Of a DNA stretch of 64,000 bases, positions 7,384-16,684 are shown in pieces. Position numbers and translations under genes: made by a program. The first letter of the stretch is position 1; each line of letters begins with the position of its first letter. The notes beneath the pieces were generated by a model. It ran no database searches and was not told where the DNA came from. It worked only from the letters and a program-made list of their open reading frames with translations. Origin of the DNA: Leptonemataceae bacterium (GTDB taxonomy: Bacteria; Spirochaetota; Leptospiria; Leptospirales; Leptonemataceae); NCBI GenBank assembly GCA_965227295.1, contig OZ245742.1, positions 1,376,001 through 1,440,000 on the forward strand, read 5' to 3'.

Positions 7384-9258
7384 ATGGATGAGATGGAATA
7401 TGACCGCACCCGGAAGTCCATCCGTGCGCAAGACCTGGGCAAGGGCGACCGCAAGGAAATGCTCAGCAAGTTCAAGGGGGCCGGTGGACAGGTCCTCTCC
7501 GAGAAGGCTGTGCGCGAGGCCGAGGAGCAGGCCGCCCGGGAAGGTCGCAGTGGCGGCGGCGGTGGTGGCCGGCGCGGTGTCGGCGTAGGCGAGGAACCCA
7601 GGCTCCCCTCGCAGATCGCCCGGGAGCGACAGCGGGCCGCCGGCGAAAAGGAGGCGGCCGCCCGGCGTCGTCGCGAGGCCGAAGAAAAAGAGGCCACCGG
7701 TTTCTTCGCGCGATTCTCCATTAAACTGCGCTGCTGGATGGCCGGGGTCACGCCCTACGGCGCCGACCTGGTCAAGCCGAAGATCCTCTCGAAATTCAAC
7801 CTGGATACCAAACGTTCCATCATGGAATGCCAGATCCTGGGCAACGATCTGTTTATGAACAACAAGCAGACGGCGCGCAAGATTGTCAAAGAGCTGGACG
7901 AGAAAAATCCCATGCTCGTCGAACTCATCGAGCGCGCTTCGAAGCTCTACGACCGCGGCGAACTGTCGGAGTTGGTGGGATCCTACACGCCGGGTTCCAG
8001 TCACTCCATTCCCCTCGATGCCATCCGCGTGCCCGTGTTCACGCTGCTACGCAAGCTTTACTACTTGAAGCCGTTCCAGGAAACCTATCTCGGTGCCGTG
8101 GAAGCGGCCATCGACGTCCAGCAGAGCGAAGAGAAGAAGCAGTCCGCGCTCTACTCCACGAAGAAACGCAAGATTCGTCAGGACTGGAAAATCCTCATGA
8201 ACGACATTTACCCGGCCCTGGTGCTGCTGGCCCAGCGTGCGGAAATGAAGAAGGCCGAGCCGGGCACGCGGTTGTTCGAAGAGATGATCGGCGTGCAGGA
8301 AGAGGATCGCATCGGCCAGCGGAAGGCCGGCGAGGGTGTCGGCGATGTGGGCGACGACGCGCCGAAGAAAAAAGAAGCCGAGAAGAAAGAGGAAGAAGAA
8401 AAGAAAGCCAAAGAGGAAGAAGAGAAAAAGAAGGGCCCGTCCCAGGAAGACAAGGAACTCATGTACGGCTATCGCATCATGGGCATCTTCAACATGGGCA
8501 CGCTGCGCAAGAAGCACGATCCCAGGGGCGAGTACAAAGCCCTCAAGGACAACGACAAGGTGCTCATCGCCTACTTCTACTTCCTGGAGTTCGAAGAAGA
8601 GTATTCGTTCATTCTCACCACGCCGCAAATCAACATCGAACCCAACTACGCCGGCGGCGCGAAGATCGACTATCGCCAGAAAATGCGCGACATCTACGAC
8701 AACTCGCGCCTGGTAACGGACGCATTCAAGAAATACGCTCACGAAGGCGCGGAGTACAATCGCATCGTCTCCGAGAACGTCGACCAATCGCGGTACGTCG
8801 AGCACGCGAAGAAGGTCGAGTTAATGGAAGCGCGGCGCGGGCCCAGCGGCCGGGAAGCGCGCATTCAAATCAAAGAGCACATGGAACGCGTCTCTCAGGT
8901 ACTCAAGGTCCTCATCGACGACATGCGCGGCGCCAATCAAATCGTAACGAACCGCGACGAGATCGTGAAGTTCCAGATCGAACGCGACAAACGCAAGCGC
9001 CTCAACAACAAGCCGGTGAAAGACTGCATCATGCAGGCTTACTGTTTCACCATCGGTCTCGCCGACCGCCTCGAAAACGGCGACCTCTTCGGCGGCGTCA
9101 TCGAGATGAACGAAGAAGAGATGGGCGAGGCCTTCGCCAACGCGCCCGCCGCGCAGACGGGCCCGCAGGTACCGACGGCGTCGGCGTCGGGCGGCCCTTC
9201 CGTCGCCGATGAAGTAGACGAAGCGGAAAGCAGCGCGGGCGACGCATCCGGCGAATGA
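7384..9258 (+). CDS. Hypothetical helical/coiled-coil protein
   Basis: 624-aa ORF with host-like codon usage and K/E-rich segments. Stop overlaps the prmA start. Confidence 0.85.
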   Translation: MDEMEYDRTRKSIRAQDLGKGDRKEMLSKFKGAGGQVLSEKAVREAEEQAAREGRSGGGGGGRRGVGVGEEPRLPSQIARERQRAAGEKEAAARRRREAEEKEATGFFARFSIKLRCWMAGVTPYGADLVKPKILSKFNLDTKRSIMECQILGNDLFMNNKQTARKIVKELDEKNPMLVELIERASKLYDRGELSELVGSYTPGSSHSIPLDAIRVPVFTLLRKLYYLKPFQETYLGAVEAAIDVQQSEEKKQSALYSTKKRKIRQDWKILMNDIYPALVLLAQRAEMKKAEPGTRLFEEMIGVQEEDRIGQRKAGEGVGDVGDDAPKKKEAEKKEEEEKKAKEEEEKKKGPSQEDKELMYGYRIMGIFNMGTLRKKHDPRGEYKALKDNDKVLIAYFYFLEFEEEYSFILTTPQINIEPNYAGGAKIDYRQKMRDIYDNSRLVTDAFKKYAHEGAEYNRIVSENVDQSRYVEHAKKVELMEARRGPSGREARIQIKEHMERVSQVLKVLIDDMRGANQIVTNRDEIVKFQIERDKRKRLNNKPVKDCIMQAYCFTIGLADRLENGDLFGGVIEMNEEEMGEAFANAPAAQTGPQVPTASASGGPSVADEVDEAESSAGDASGE

Positions 9259-10187
9259 GCGACGAGGTATATCGCGAGATCGAAGTTGAGCTGGATCGTG
9301 ACGACACGTTGCCGTTCGTGCAGGCCCTGGACGACGGCCGCCTGGAAGATCTTTCCGGTTACTACGAAGTCCTCTACGATGAAGAACGCGAGCGCAACGA
9401 TCAGGCGCGCCTGGTTTTGTACTTTCCCATCACGGCGGAACTGGCCGGAAGTCGCGTGGAGATCCTGCTCGAATCCCTGGGACTGAGTAATCGCCGCGTT
9501 ACGGAAAAAGAAATCGCGCGCCAGGACTATCTCGAGGCCTACAAGCAGTACTACGAACCCTTTGTCCTTTCACCGCGCCTCGCCATCATCCCGTCCTGGG
9601 ATCGCGGCGGGGAGCGGGAGCGCGCGGTACTCGAACGCGAAGCGGATGTACGGGCGCTGTATCTGGATCCCGGCCTGGCCTTCGGCACCGGCAAACATCC
9701 CACGACGGAGCTGTGCATTCGTTACCTGGATGATCTTGCCGGCGAGACCGGTCTCACGGGAAAGACGCTCATCGATGCCGGGGCGGGCTCGGGCGTGCTG
9801 GCTCTCGCGGCGTTGCTCTTCGGTGCGCAGCACGTCTACGCCTTCGACATTGACGGCAACTCGGCCACGGCCTGCGAACAGAATCTGCGCTTGAACGAAA
9901 CGATCGCCCCGGAACGCCTGCGCTTCGAGCACGGCGGCTTCGACGTTCCCGGCCTGGCGGAAACGCCGGCGGAGCTGATGCTCGGCAATCTTACGGCCGC
10001 GGTCTTGATCGCGAATAGCGCGTTCATCGATCGCGCGCGAACGGATCGGCTCGTGCTGTCGGGAGTTCTTGTCGAACAACAGGACGATGTGTGCCGGGCC
10101 TTCGCGGATGAGTGGAAGTTAACCGGACAGGCCGAGAAAGAAGGCTGGGTCCTCCTGGAACTGGAGCGCCGCGTACAAAGCACTTGA
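9255..10187 (+). CDS. prmA: Ribosomal protein L11 methyltransferase
   Basis: LDPGLAFGTGKHPTT, IDAGAGSGVLALAA, LVLSGVL, EGWV. Confidence 0.92.
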   Translation: MSDEVYREIEVELDRDDTLPFVQALDDGRLEDLSGYYEVLYDEERERNDQARLVLYFPITAELAGSRVEILLESLGLSNRRVTEKEIARQDYLEAYKQYYEPFVLSPRLAIIPSWDRGGERERAVLEREADVRALYLDPGLAFGTGKHPTTELCIRYLDDLAGETGLTGKTLIDAGAGSGVLALAALLFGAQHVYAFDIDGNSATACEQNLRLNETIAPERLRFEHGGFDVPGLAETPAELMLGNLTAAVLIANSAFIDRARTDRLVLSGVLVEQQDDVCRAFADEWKLTGQAEKEGWVLLELERRVQST

Positions 10188-10241
10188 CGATCTTTGCGCG
10201 GCCGGGTAGGTATGACGGCGGCCCGCGGCCGCTTTGTTCGC

Positions 10242-10580
10242 ATGAGTCCTAAAGTTAATCTGAACTTCGAAAAAGACGGCGAGAAGTCCGTCGTGCGTCT
10301 GGAGGGCCGCTTCACCCTCGACGACAAAGAACTCTTCCAGAAATTCGTGGAGCAACACGTCGACGGCAGCACGCGCTACCTCATCATCGATACGTCGAGC
10401 CTGGATTTCATCGACTCCGCTGGAATCGGCGACCTCATCAAACTCAAGATGGGCCCGGGCAAAGGTTACGAGCAGCTGTATGTCATGGGACTCAGCGACT
10501 CCGTGGAGCGCGTCTTTCGGGTGAGCGGCCTCATCCAGCTCTTCGAAACCATCGACGACGAAGCTTACGGAAAGCTTTGA
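10242..10580 (+). CDS. STAS-domain anti-sigma factor antagonist
   Basis: LDFIDSAGIG phospho-Ser motif, VERVFRVSGL. ATG 10242. Confidence 0.9.
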   Translation: MSPKVNLNFEKDGEKSVVRLEGRFTLDDKELFQKFVEQHVDGSTRYLIIDTSSLDFIDSAGIGDLIKLKMGPGKGYEQLYVMGLSDSVERVFRVSGLIQLFETIDDEAYGKL

Positions 10581-10596
10581 TCTTTCCCGCCTTTTT

Positions 10597-13182
10597 TTGA
10601 GAAACGCTTTGGCCACCAAAAAGAAACGCAGTACATCCAAAAAGAAAGCCGCATCTTCGAAACAGAGCGGCGTGGAATCCATCACGTCCCTGGGGGTCGC
10701 TCTCCGGCGGCGCGGCGAAAGCGAATGGTCCCTGGATCTTTCGCATCTCAAGCTGTTTAAGGGTCTATCGGTAGTCGCCCGCCTGCTCGGTGACGACATC
10801 CTCGAACAGTCCCGCATCGGTGAAGGGGACATCATCGCTCAGCGTCGCGTTATCGCCGACATCACGCCGGAGCTGGCGAGCCTGGTGAGCAGCCTGTCGA
10901 TCTATGCGCGCAGCGGCGTACTGCGCGATTTGCCGACGTACCACGAAGAGTTTCAAATGCAATTGCGCACGGTCTTCGGTACCCTGCAGCGGCCGCGCTG
11001 GGGCAACATTCTGTTTCCGGAGCTCTTCGGATCCAAACACGAACCGAAGGCGTTGCTGTTCCCGTTTCACCTGCACTACGCCGCCCGGGAAATCGATTAC
11101 TTCTTTTTAGTAGAGCGCGATCTCTCCGGCGGTTTTCTGCGCATCACCGTCGAACGCGACGAGGACTCACGCCTGAACCTGGCGGGCATCGCCCATCGCA
11201 CCGTGGACGACCTGGATCGCCGCACGTACCTGCAAGGACTCACCCGTATTACGGAATCGGTCTACCAGGGCATGATGCGGGAATGCGAAAACTTCCGCAC
11301 GGAGTACACGGACAACGCGCGGCGCCACAGTCATTTTTTTAATCAATTGCGCAATGTCGGTCTGAGCGAGTGCGACAATCTCACCATGCGCTGGCCGTCC
11401 GAGAAAAACGAGTACCTCGTGCGTTCACGACAAAAGCACGTTACCGAGTTTCTCAAGCGCGTGTTCATCGTCCTGGAAGACCGTGAGGTGGTGCGACTCC
11501 TGCAGGATGGAAGCGTCATCGAAATGCGCACGGGTGACGATCGCGCCTTCCTGGATCTTTCGCGCCGCAACAGTTGTCTTAACGTTTCGTTGTTCCAGCG
11601 CCGCGAATCCCTGGATCTGGACTACTATCTCGATCGCATGCCGGGCCTGAAGCAAATTGCGGCCGGACGTTCCACTTCGTTCAGCGGCCTGCGCGTCTTT
11701 CTGATTCACCACATCACCGGCGAGATCCTTGCAACCATCAAAGCCATCGACAACATGAACGCGGACTTCCTGAGCGTCCTGTTCGTAAAGTACGCCGGTG
11801 TGGTGCCGCCGGACTACCTCGAGACCCTGCTGACACAGCCGGAAGAGAAGTTTCGCTTCAGCGGTTTGCAGAAGATCGACCAGGCTGATCGCATCGAAGG
11901 TTACTACCGATTCTCTCAGCAGTACACCACGACGGCCGGCCTGGAAAGTCTCATCACGGGCCTTGACGATCGCAAATACGGCTTCTACGACGCCATGCAA
12001 CTTGCCGCGGGCCATCTGTTTTTTCTCGAAGCGTTGTTGGCCCGCAAGAACAAACAGGGCGTGCTCTTAATTGAAGACGGCGGATACTTAGCGCCGGAGC
12101 TGAACCGCATGGCCCTCGAAGGCAAGACCCTGCGACAGACTCTCGATGCGTTCCTCGTGCCGCTCAAAAGTACGAAGGCGTCCGCGAAGTCGCCCGAAGG
12201 CGCGGCCGACCTTTTCGCCGGCCTGATCCCATCCGAGAACGAACTCAAGATGAAGCTGGGCGACTGGCTCGCGAAACTCATGCCCGGCAGCGTCGAACAC
12301 ACCCGTAACGGATACAATCGTCTGCTCGACGTGATGAACAAACACAAGCGCCTGCAATTTCCGGCGTGTTCCATCGCCGTCTCCGACGTAAAACGCAACC
12401 GGGAATCCGAAGAGGTTTCGATCTCCATCCTGCACGCCATCGAGAGCATTCTGCACGGCCACGGCCTGGTGTTTTCCGAACGTCGCGCTCTCGTCCTCGG
12501 CAGCCGCGGCGCCATCGGCCGCAACTTAATGGAAGATCTTTCCGCCAAGCTCGGCCCGCGGAACATCTTCGGTGTCGACAGCGTACTGAAAAAAGAAAAG
12601 CCGCCGGGCCCCTGGGTCGAAACGACGAAGCTCGACGAGTTGCCGGAAAACTTGCTCTACGACCTCGATATGATCATCGGCGTCATCGGCACGTCGATCC
12701 TTACGAAGAAAGAACTCGAGCAGATCATCCTGCGTAACAAACGTCCGTATATCTTCTTCGCGAGCGGCTCCACGAAGACCGCGGAGTTCACGCACCTGTC
12801 CGAGTGGATCCGCGAACTGCAAAAACAAAAACGTCCGAAGATCGGCGGCGTGCCCGTAGAGCTGGGCGTGCAGCCCGTCCGCGATCCGCAGACCGCGCAC
12901 ATCGTTGCCTCGCGCGTGCGCATCTTCTTTCAGCCGGAAGCCGGCGACAAAAAGAACGCGAAGCTGAAGAACGTCACGCGCGATCTCTATCTGCTCGGCG
13001 GACTTACGCCCATCAACTTTCTGTTTTACGGCGTGCCCACGGAGACGATGGACCCGATCCTCGGCCAGTTGATTCAGGTCGCGGCCGGCCTCGTGGAACG
13101 CGTACGGGAAAAAGCGGCATTGCCTTCGAAGTTACTCGCCGTCGACGGCGAGGTGGATGCGGATGCCAGGTTGTTACGATGA
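10597..13182 (+). CDS. Large protein: unknown N-terminal domain fused to a divergent S-adenosylhomocysteine-hydrolase-like domain
   Basis: HHITGE, LIEDGGYL, GSVEHTRNGYNRL, FPACSIAVSDVK and VLGSRGAIG line up in order with AhcY motifs. Start TTG 10597 or 10609. Confidence 0.7.
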   Translation: MRNALATKKKRSTSKKKAASSKQSGVESITSLGVALRRRGESEWSLDLSHLKLFKGLSVVARLLGDDILEQSRIGEGDIIAQRRVIADITPELASLVSSLSIYARSGVLRDLPTYHEEFQMQLRTVFGTLQRPRWGNILFPELFGSKHEPKALLFPFHLHYAAREIDYFFLVERDLSGGFLRITVERDEDSRLNLAGIAHRTVDDLDRRTYLQGLTRITESVYQGMMRECENFRTEYTDNARRHSHFFNQLRNVGLSECDNLTMRWPSEKNEYLVRSRQKHVTEFLKRVFIVLEDREVVRLLQDGSVIEMRTGDDRAFLDLSRRNSCLNVSLFQRRESLDLDYYLDRMPGLKQIAAGRSTSFSGLRVFLIHHITGEILATIKAIDNMNADFLSVLFVKYAGVVPPDYLETLLTQPEEKFRFSGLQKIDQADRIEGYYRFSQQYTTTAGLESLITGLDDRKYGFYDAMQLAAGHLFFLEALLARKNKQGVLLIEDGGYLAPELNRMALEGKTLRQTLDAFLVPLKSTKASAKSPEGAADLFAGLIPSENELKMKLGDWLAKLMPGSVEHTRNGYNRLLDVMNKHKRLQFPACSIAVSDVKRNRESEEVSISILHAIESILHGHGLVFSERRALVLGSRGAIGRNLMEDLSAKLGPRNIFGVDSVLKKEKPPGPWVETTKLDELPENLLYDLDMIIGVIGTSILTKKELEQIILRNKRPYIFFASGSTKTAEFTHLSEWIRELQKQKRPKIGGVPVELGVQPVRDPQTAHIVASRVRIFFQPEAGDKKNAKLKNVTRDLYLLGGLTPINFLFYGVPTETMDPILGQLIQVAAGLVERVREKAALPSKLLAVDGEVDADARLLR

Positions 13183-13333
13183 TGCGGCTGTTCCTGGTCG
13201 CGTCCCATCGTGGAAATGCTCATTTCGGCCCCCCGTGAGCGTGATCGGATTCCGTATTTTATTTTATCCGTAACGAAGTACCTGGAGGGCATTTGATCAC
13301 AGATCAGCATGCTGGCACGGTCGTAACTCCAAT

Positions 13334-13453
13334 GGGCGCCCCCGCCGCCTTCGGCGGCGGTCGGGCTGCTCCGGACTCCGCGTTCGCTTCGGTCCTCCGC
13401 GCTTCGCGCTCCGGACTGCCGGCTGGCGCCGGCATCCTGCGCATCCCTGGCGC
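13334..13453 (+). repeat. Flavo-1-like structured repeat/ncRNA, copy 1
   Basis: GGGCGCC...hairpin...GGTCGGGCTGCTCCG...GCATCCCTGGCGC, multiple GC hairpins. Homologous to the other copies. Confidence 0.75.
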
Positions 13454-13463
13454 GAAGAGCCGT

Positions 13464-13538
13464 CTTTCAGGAATCAGGGAGACCGTCTCGCAGCTCAACT
13501 CGACGCCCGGATTCGTACTCTCCGTATCAGCGGGCTAC
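13464..13538 (+). pseudogene. ~75-bp internal fragment of an M50 peptidase gene, duplicating 15925-16003
   Basis: Encodes SQLNSTPGFVLSVSAGY versus SQLYSTPGFVLSVSAGY in the intact gene. Confidence 0.85.
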
Positions 13539-14125
13539 CTGTAACCGGCCAGAAAAACCCGAATAAACTCGTGGGTCAGGGCCTTCGTCTCCCGCTTGTT
13601 TCTGGGCTCCTCGATAACCTGGGGCCAGAAGAAGGCTCCGGCGAACATGGACCAGAAAACTTCGGCGGCGACCGGCGGATCTTTAACTTTCAGGCGTTTG
13701 TCCTTTGCAGCATCTGCCAGCCATTGCTCAAGGCCGTCCTCTTTGGAATCTGCCAGGGCCAGAGCCTTTGCGGCAAGCGCCGGTTGCGTGACCAACACGG
13801 CAAAGAGCATTCTCCAAAGAGCCCGGCTTCGTCCATCCCGGGCCACGCTGATCTTCGCTTCGGCAAATCTCTCCAACTGCAGCTCCAGGGACTCCCTGGA
13901 GCTGTAAGTGATCCCTCGCAAATCGAAGGCTTTATCGAGAAACTGCTCCAGTACCGCCTCGAACAGAGCTTCCTTGCTCGGAAAGTAATTATAGACGGTC
14001 CGTTTGGAAGCTTTCGCGATTTCCGCGATGTAATCCATGCTGGCCTGGTCATAGCCCAGCTCCTGAAAGGCCTGGACGGCCGCTGCAAGGATCGTGTTCT
14101 TTTTCGCTGAGTTGGCCTTGCCCAT
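13535..14125 (-). CDS. TetR/AcrR family transcriptional regulator
   Basis: ILAAAVQAFQELGYDQASMDYIAEIAKASKRTVYNYFPSKEALF helix-turn-helix. Confidence 0.95.
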   Translation of the reverse strand: MGKANSAKKNTILAAAVQAFQELGYDQASMDYIAEIAKASKRTVYNYFPSKEALFEAVLEQFLDKAFDLRGITYSSRESLELQLERFAEAKISVARDGRSRALWRMLFAVLVTQPALAAKALALADSKEDGLEQWLADAAKDKRLKVKDPPVAAEVFWSMFAGAFFWPQVIEEPRNKRETKALTHEFIRVFLAGYR

Positions 14126-14168
14126 GGTTCTATCCTATTAACCGTCCCGAGGGGCCTGTGAAAAATCG

Positions 14169-14198
14169 TTGACATTTTTACACTACACGGTGTAGTTT
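14169..14198 (+). promoter_or_regulatory. Sigma70 promoter with TetR operator palindrome in the spacer
   Basis: TTGACA (14169-14174), 18 nt, TAGTTT (14193-14198). Perfect inverted repeat ACTACAC-G-GTGTAGT at 14182-14196, between divergent tetR and FGE genes. Confidence 0.75.
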
Positions 14199-14266
14199 AC
14201 ATGTGTCGGGCGACAGTATGAACAGGAACAATCCCCGGTCAACCGAACCCCGACAAGGAGGAAACG

Positions 14267-15097
14267 ATGAAGCCAGTCCTGGCCGCAATCACAGTACTTA
14301 TGCTCGGCGCCGCCTGTAGTTCAGCCCCAAAGGAATCCATGCTGATTTATGAGGCCGGTGTATATTCGGCCGACGCCATTTCAGAAGGCATGATCTTGGT
14401 CGAGGGCGGTTCGTTCCAAATGGGCGTCGATAGCCTCATGCCTGACGAGGGACCGGTTCATCCCGTCATCGTATCCAGCTTCTACATAGGCAGCACGGAG
14501 GTAACGCAATCCCAATGGATGGCTGTCTTCGGCAATAACCCGTCGCAGGATCAAAACAAGGATTTCCCTGTGGAAAATGTGACCTGGTATGATGCCATCA
14601 ATTTTGCCAACAAGTTGAGCGTCCTCGAGGGACTGGAGCCCGCATACTCGTTCAGAGACGACCAGGTCGTCTGGGATAAAACCAGGAACGGATATCGATT
14701 GCCCACGGAGGCAGAATGGGAATTCGCCGCGCGGGGAGGAAATCGCTCGCAAGGCTACCGCTACAGTGGCGGAGACGCCGTGGATGAGGTAGCTCATCAC
14801 ATCGGCAACAACGTCACGGACAAGAACAAGCCCGTGGGTCGGAAGAAGCCGAACGAGCTCGGTTTGTATGATATGACCGGAAACGTCTACGAGTGGACCT
14901 GGGATTGGAAATCGACCTATACCAGAGAGCCGAAAACGGATCCTTCCGGTGATCTTGTGGGTAGAAAGAAAAGCGTGCGCGGTGGTAGCGCTTTTTGCTA
15001 TTCGCCATCCCTTTACCTGGGCTGGCGCAACTCGTATACTCCGGATACCAGGGCGCGTTTTCTGGGATTCCGACTGGCAAGAAACGACGGTCCCTGA
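14267..15097 (+). CDS. FGE-sulfatase (SUMF1/FGE-like) domain lipoprotein
   Basis: Lipobox LGAAC, GYRLPTEAEWEFAARGG, NELGLYDMTGNVYEWTWD, LGFRLAR. RBS AAGGAGG. Confidence 0.92.
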   Translation: MKPVLAAITVLMLGAACSSAPKESMLIYEAGVYSADAISEGMILVEGGSFQMGVDSLMPDEGPVHPVIVSSFYIGSTEVTQSQWMAVFGNNPSQDQNKDFPVENVTWYDAINFANKLSVLEGLEPAYSFRDDQVVWDKTRNGYRLPTEAEWEFAARGGNRSQGYRYSGGDAVDEVAHHIGNNVTDKNKPVGRKKPNELGLYDMTGNVYEWTWDWKSTYTREPKTDPSGDLVGRKKSVRGGSAFCYSPSLYLGWRNSYTPDTRARFLGFRLARNDGP

Positions 15098-15104
15098 GGC
15101 AAAA

Positions 15105-15506
15105 ATGAGATCCGTTCAAAATTTATTCATGGGACTTCTCTTCCTGGCATCGTGCTTCATGCTGCTCTGGGGAGGCGCCGGCTTCTTCGAGTATTTTACA
15201 GGAATCATTCCGATCGTTTCTTTGCAGCAGGCTGTATATCCTTCCGCTGTCCAGTTTCTTCACTGGCTCCTCATAACACTATTTGGCGGAGTCTTTTGTT
15301 TCGGGTACCTGAGCCGATGGCGTTATACGCCCATTGCTACGGTGATGCTGTTCTCTAACATGGCTCTGCTATGCACAATTGAGACGATCGATTTCCAGCC
15401 TGAGACCTGGGGTGTTGTGCCGTATTTAACCGAGCTGGCTTTCTATGCAGTCGGTTCCGCGTTTCTCTTGCTGTCGCCGGTCTCAACGGAGCGGTTTGTT
15501 CAGTAA
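15105..15506 (+). CDS. Membrane protein (4 TM)
   Basis: ATG 15105, 7 nt after the FGE stop. Four hydrophobic segments. Confidence 0.75.
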   Translation: MRSVQNLFMGLLFLASCFMLLWGGAGFFEYFTGIIPIVSLQQAVYPSAVQFLHWLLITLFGGVFCFGYLSRWRYTPIATVMLFSNMALLCTIETIDFQPETWGVVPYLTELAFYAVGSAFLLLSPVSTERFVQ

Positions 15507-15542
15507 ACGGAGGATAAGAGCCGTGAGTTTATAGATCGTCCT

Positions 15543-15705
15543 GAGCACCGCCGCTCCATCGGGCTGCTCCGGGCTCGCTGAGCGCTCGTCCCTCCGTTCG
15601 CTTCGCTCACTACGGAATTGCGCTGCGCGCAACCCTGCACAGATGCGACCGCCGAATTGGCGGTCGCTTACAGATTCCCTGGTTGCTGCGCAACCAGCCT
15701 GGCGC
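15543..15705 (+). repeat. Flavo-1-like structured repeat, copy 2 (extra hairpins)
   Basis: TCGGGCTGCTCCGGGCTC core, several hairpins, same CCTGGCGCGAAGAGCCG end as copy 1. Confidence 0.65.
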
Positions 15706-15754
15706 GAAGAGCCGAACCCGCAGGCCACTCTCTGTTTCTGCCGATAATCAAAAC

Positions 15755-16672
15755 GTGGACACCCTGCGTCTCTGGATCGTCATCGGCACCGGCCTGTTCG
15801 TAACACTTTTCTGGGACGCGGGCATCCTGTTGCCGGTGAAGTTGCTCGTGGTCCTCGTCCACGAATGCTGGCACGGCCTGGTCGCCCTGTTTTCCGGCGC
15901 GGTTCTCGATCAGATCGCCGTGAACTTTCAGGAATCCGGAGAGACAGTGGTTTCGCAGCTCTACTCGACGCCCGGTTTCGTGCTCTCAGTTTCAGCGGGA
16001 TACGCCGGCACCGCGCTCACCGGCGCGCTTTTGCTCTCGCGCGGGCTCGCCGGTAGACTCGAACGCACGGCATTGTTTGTCTTCGCCGGCATGCTGGGAT
16101 ACATGAGTTACCTGTTCACGGAGGTCGGATCGCTGGCTTTCTTTACGGGCCTGGGCTGGGCCGCCGGGCTCGCCGCGCTGGGCAGCTTCGGCCGTACGGG
16201 CGCGCGCTTTACGTTGCTCATCTTCGGTACGTTGTTTTTGTTCTATTGTTTCTACGATCTCTACGACTTTCCCCGCGATTTGAACGCCACCGACGCCGGC
16301 ATTCTGGCAAAGTACATTCGCGCGAATGATTGGACATACCTCGGTGATTGGCATGAGACTGACCTGGCCGTGGCGATTTCCATCGTCTGGTCGGTGTTGA
16401 TGCTGACGATTCTCGGTCTGGTGCTCGCACCGGTGTTCCAGGAGATGGTCTCGGCAACGCCGGTGCCGCCGGTGCCGCCGGCGCCCGCGCCGGAAGAGCC
16501 GCCGGCCGGCACGTTCCCGGGCGAAATGACACCGGACGTCCAGGAATGGCTGCTCTTCAACGGTTTTGGGGTGGACGGGCGGCCCCTGCCTCCGGAACTG
16601 TTAGACGAATCCTCGTTTGCCGCCATGCAGCCGCCGGGAAAATCCTCCGGCACCCCGGGCGACGACGCTTAA
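15755..16672 (+). CDS. M50B-like membrane metallopeptidase
   Basis: VLVHECWHG (HExxH), SAGYAG, TDA, multiple TM segments, Pro-rich tail. GTG 15755. Confidence 0.85.
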   Translation: MDTLRLWIVIGTGLFVTLFWDAGILLPVKLLVVLVHECWHGLVALFSGAVLDQIAVNFQESGETVVSQLYSTPGFVLSVSAGYAGTALTGALLLSRGLAGRLERTALFVFAGMLGYMSYLFTEVGSLAFFTGLGWAAGLAALGSFGRTGARFTLLIFGTLFLFYCFYDLYDFPRDLNATDAGILAKYIRANDWTYLGDWHETDLAVAISIVWSVLMLTILGLVLAPVFQEMVSATPVPPVPPAPAPEEPPAGTFPGEMTPDVQEWLLFNGFGVDGRPLPPELLDESSFAAMQPPGKSSGTPGDDA

Positions 16673-16684
16673 TCACAAACTGAT

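Noticed and set aside
13183-13333. Possible decayed integrase-core transposase remnant (minus strand DQMPSRYFVTDKIKYG)
   Set aside because: Too short and degenerate to support without a translated search.
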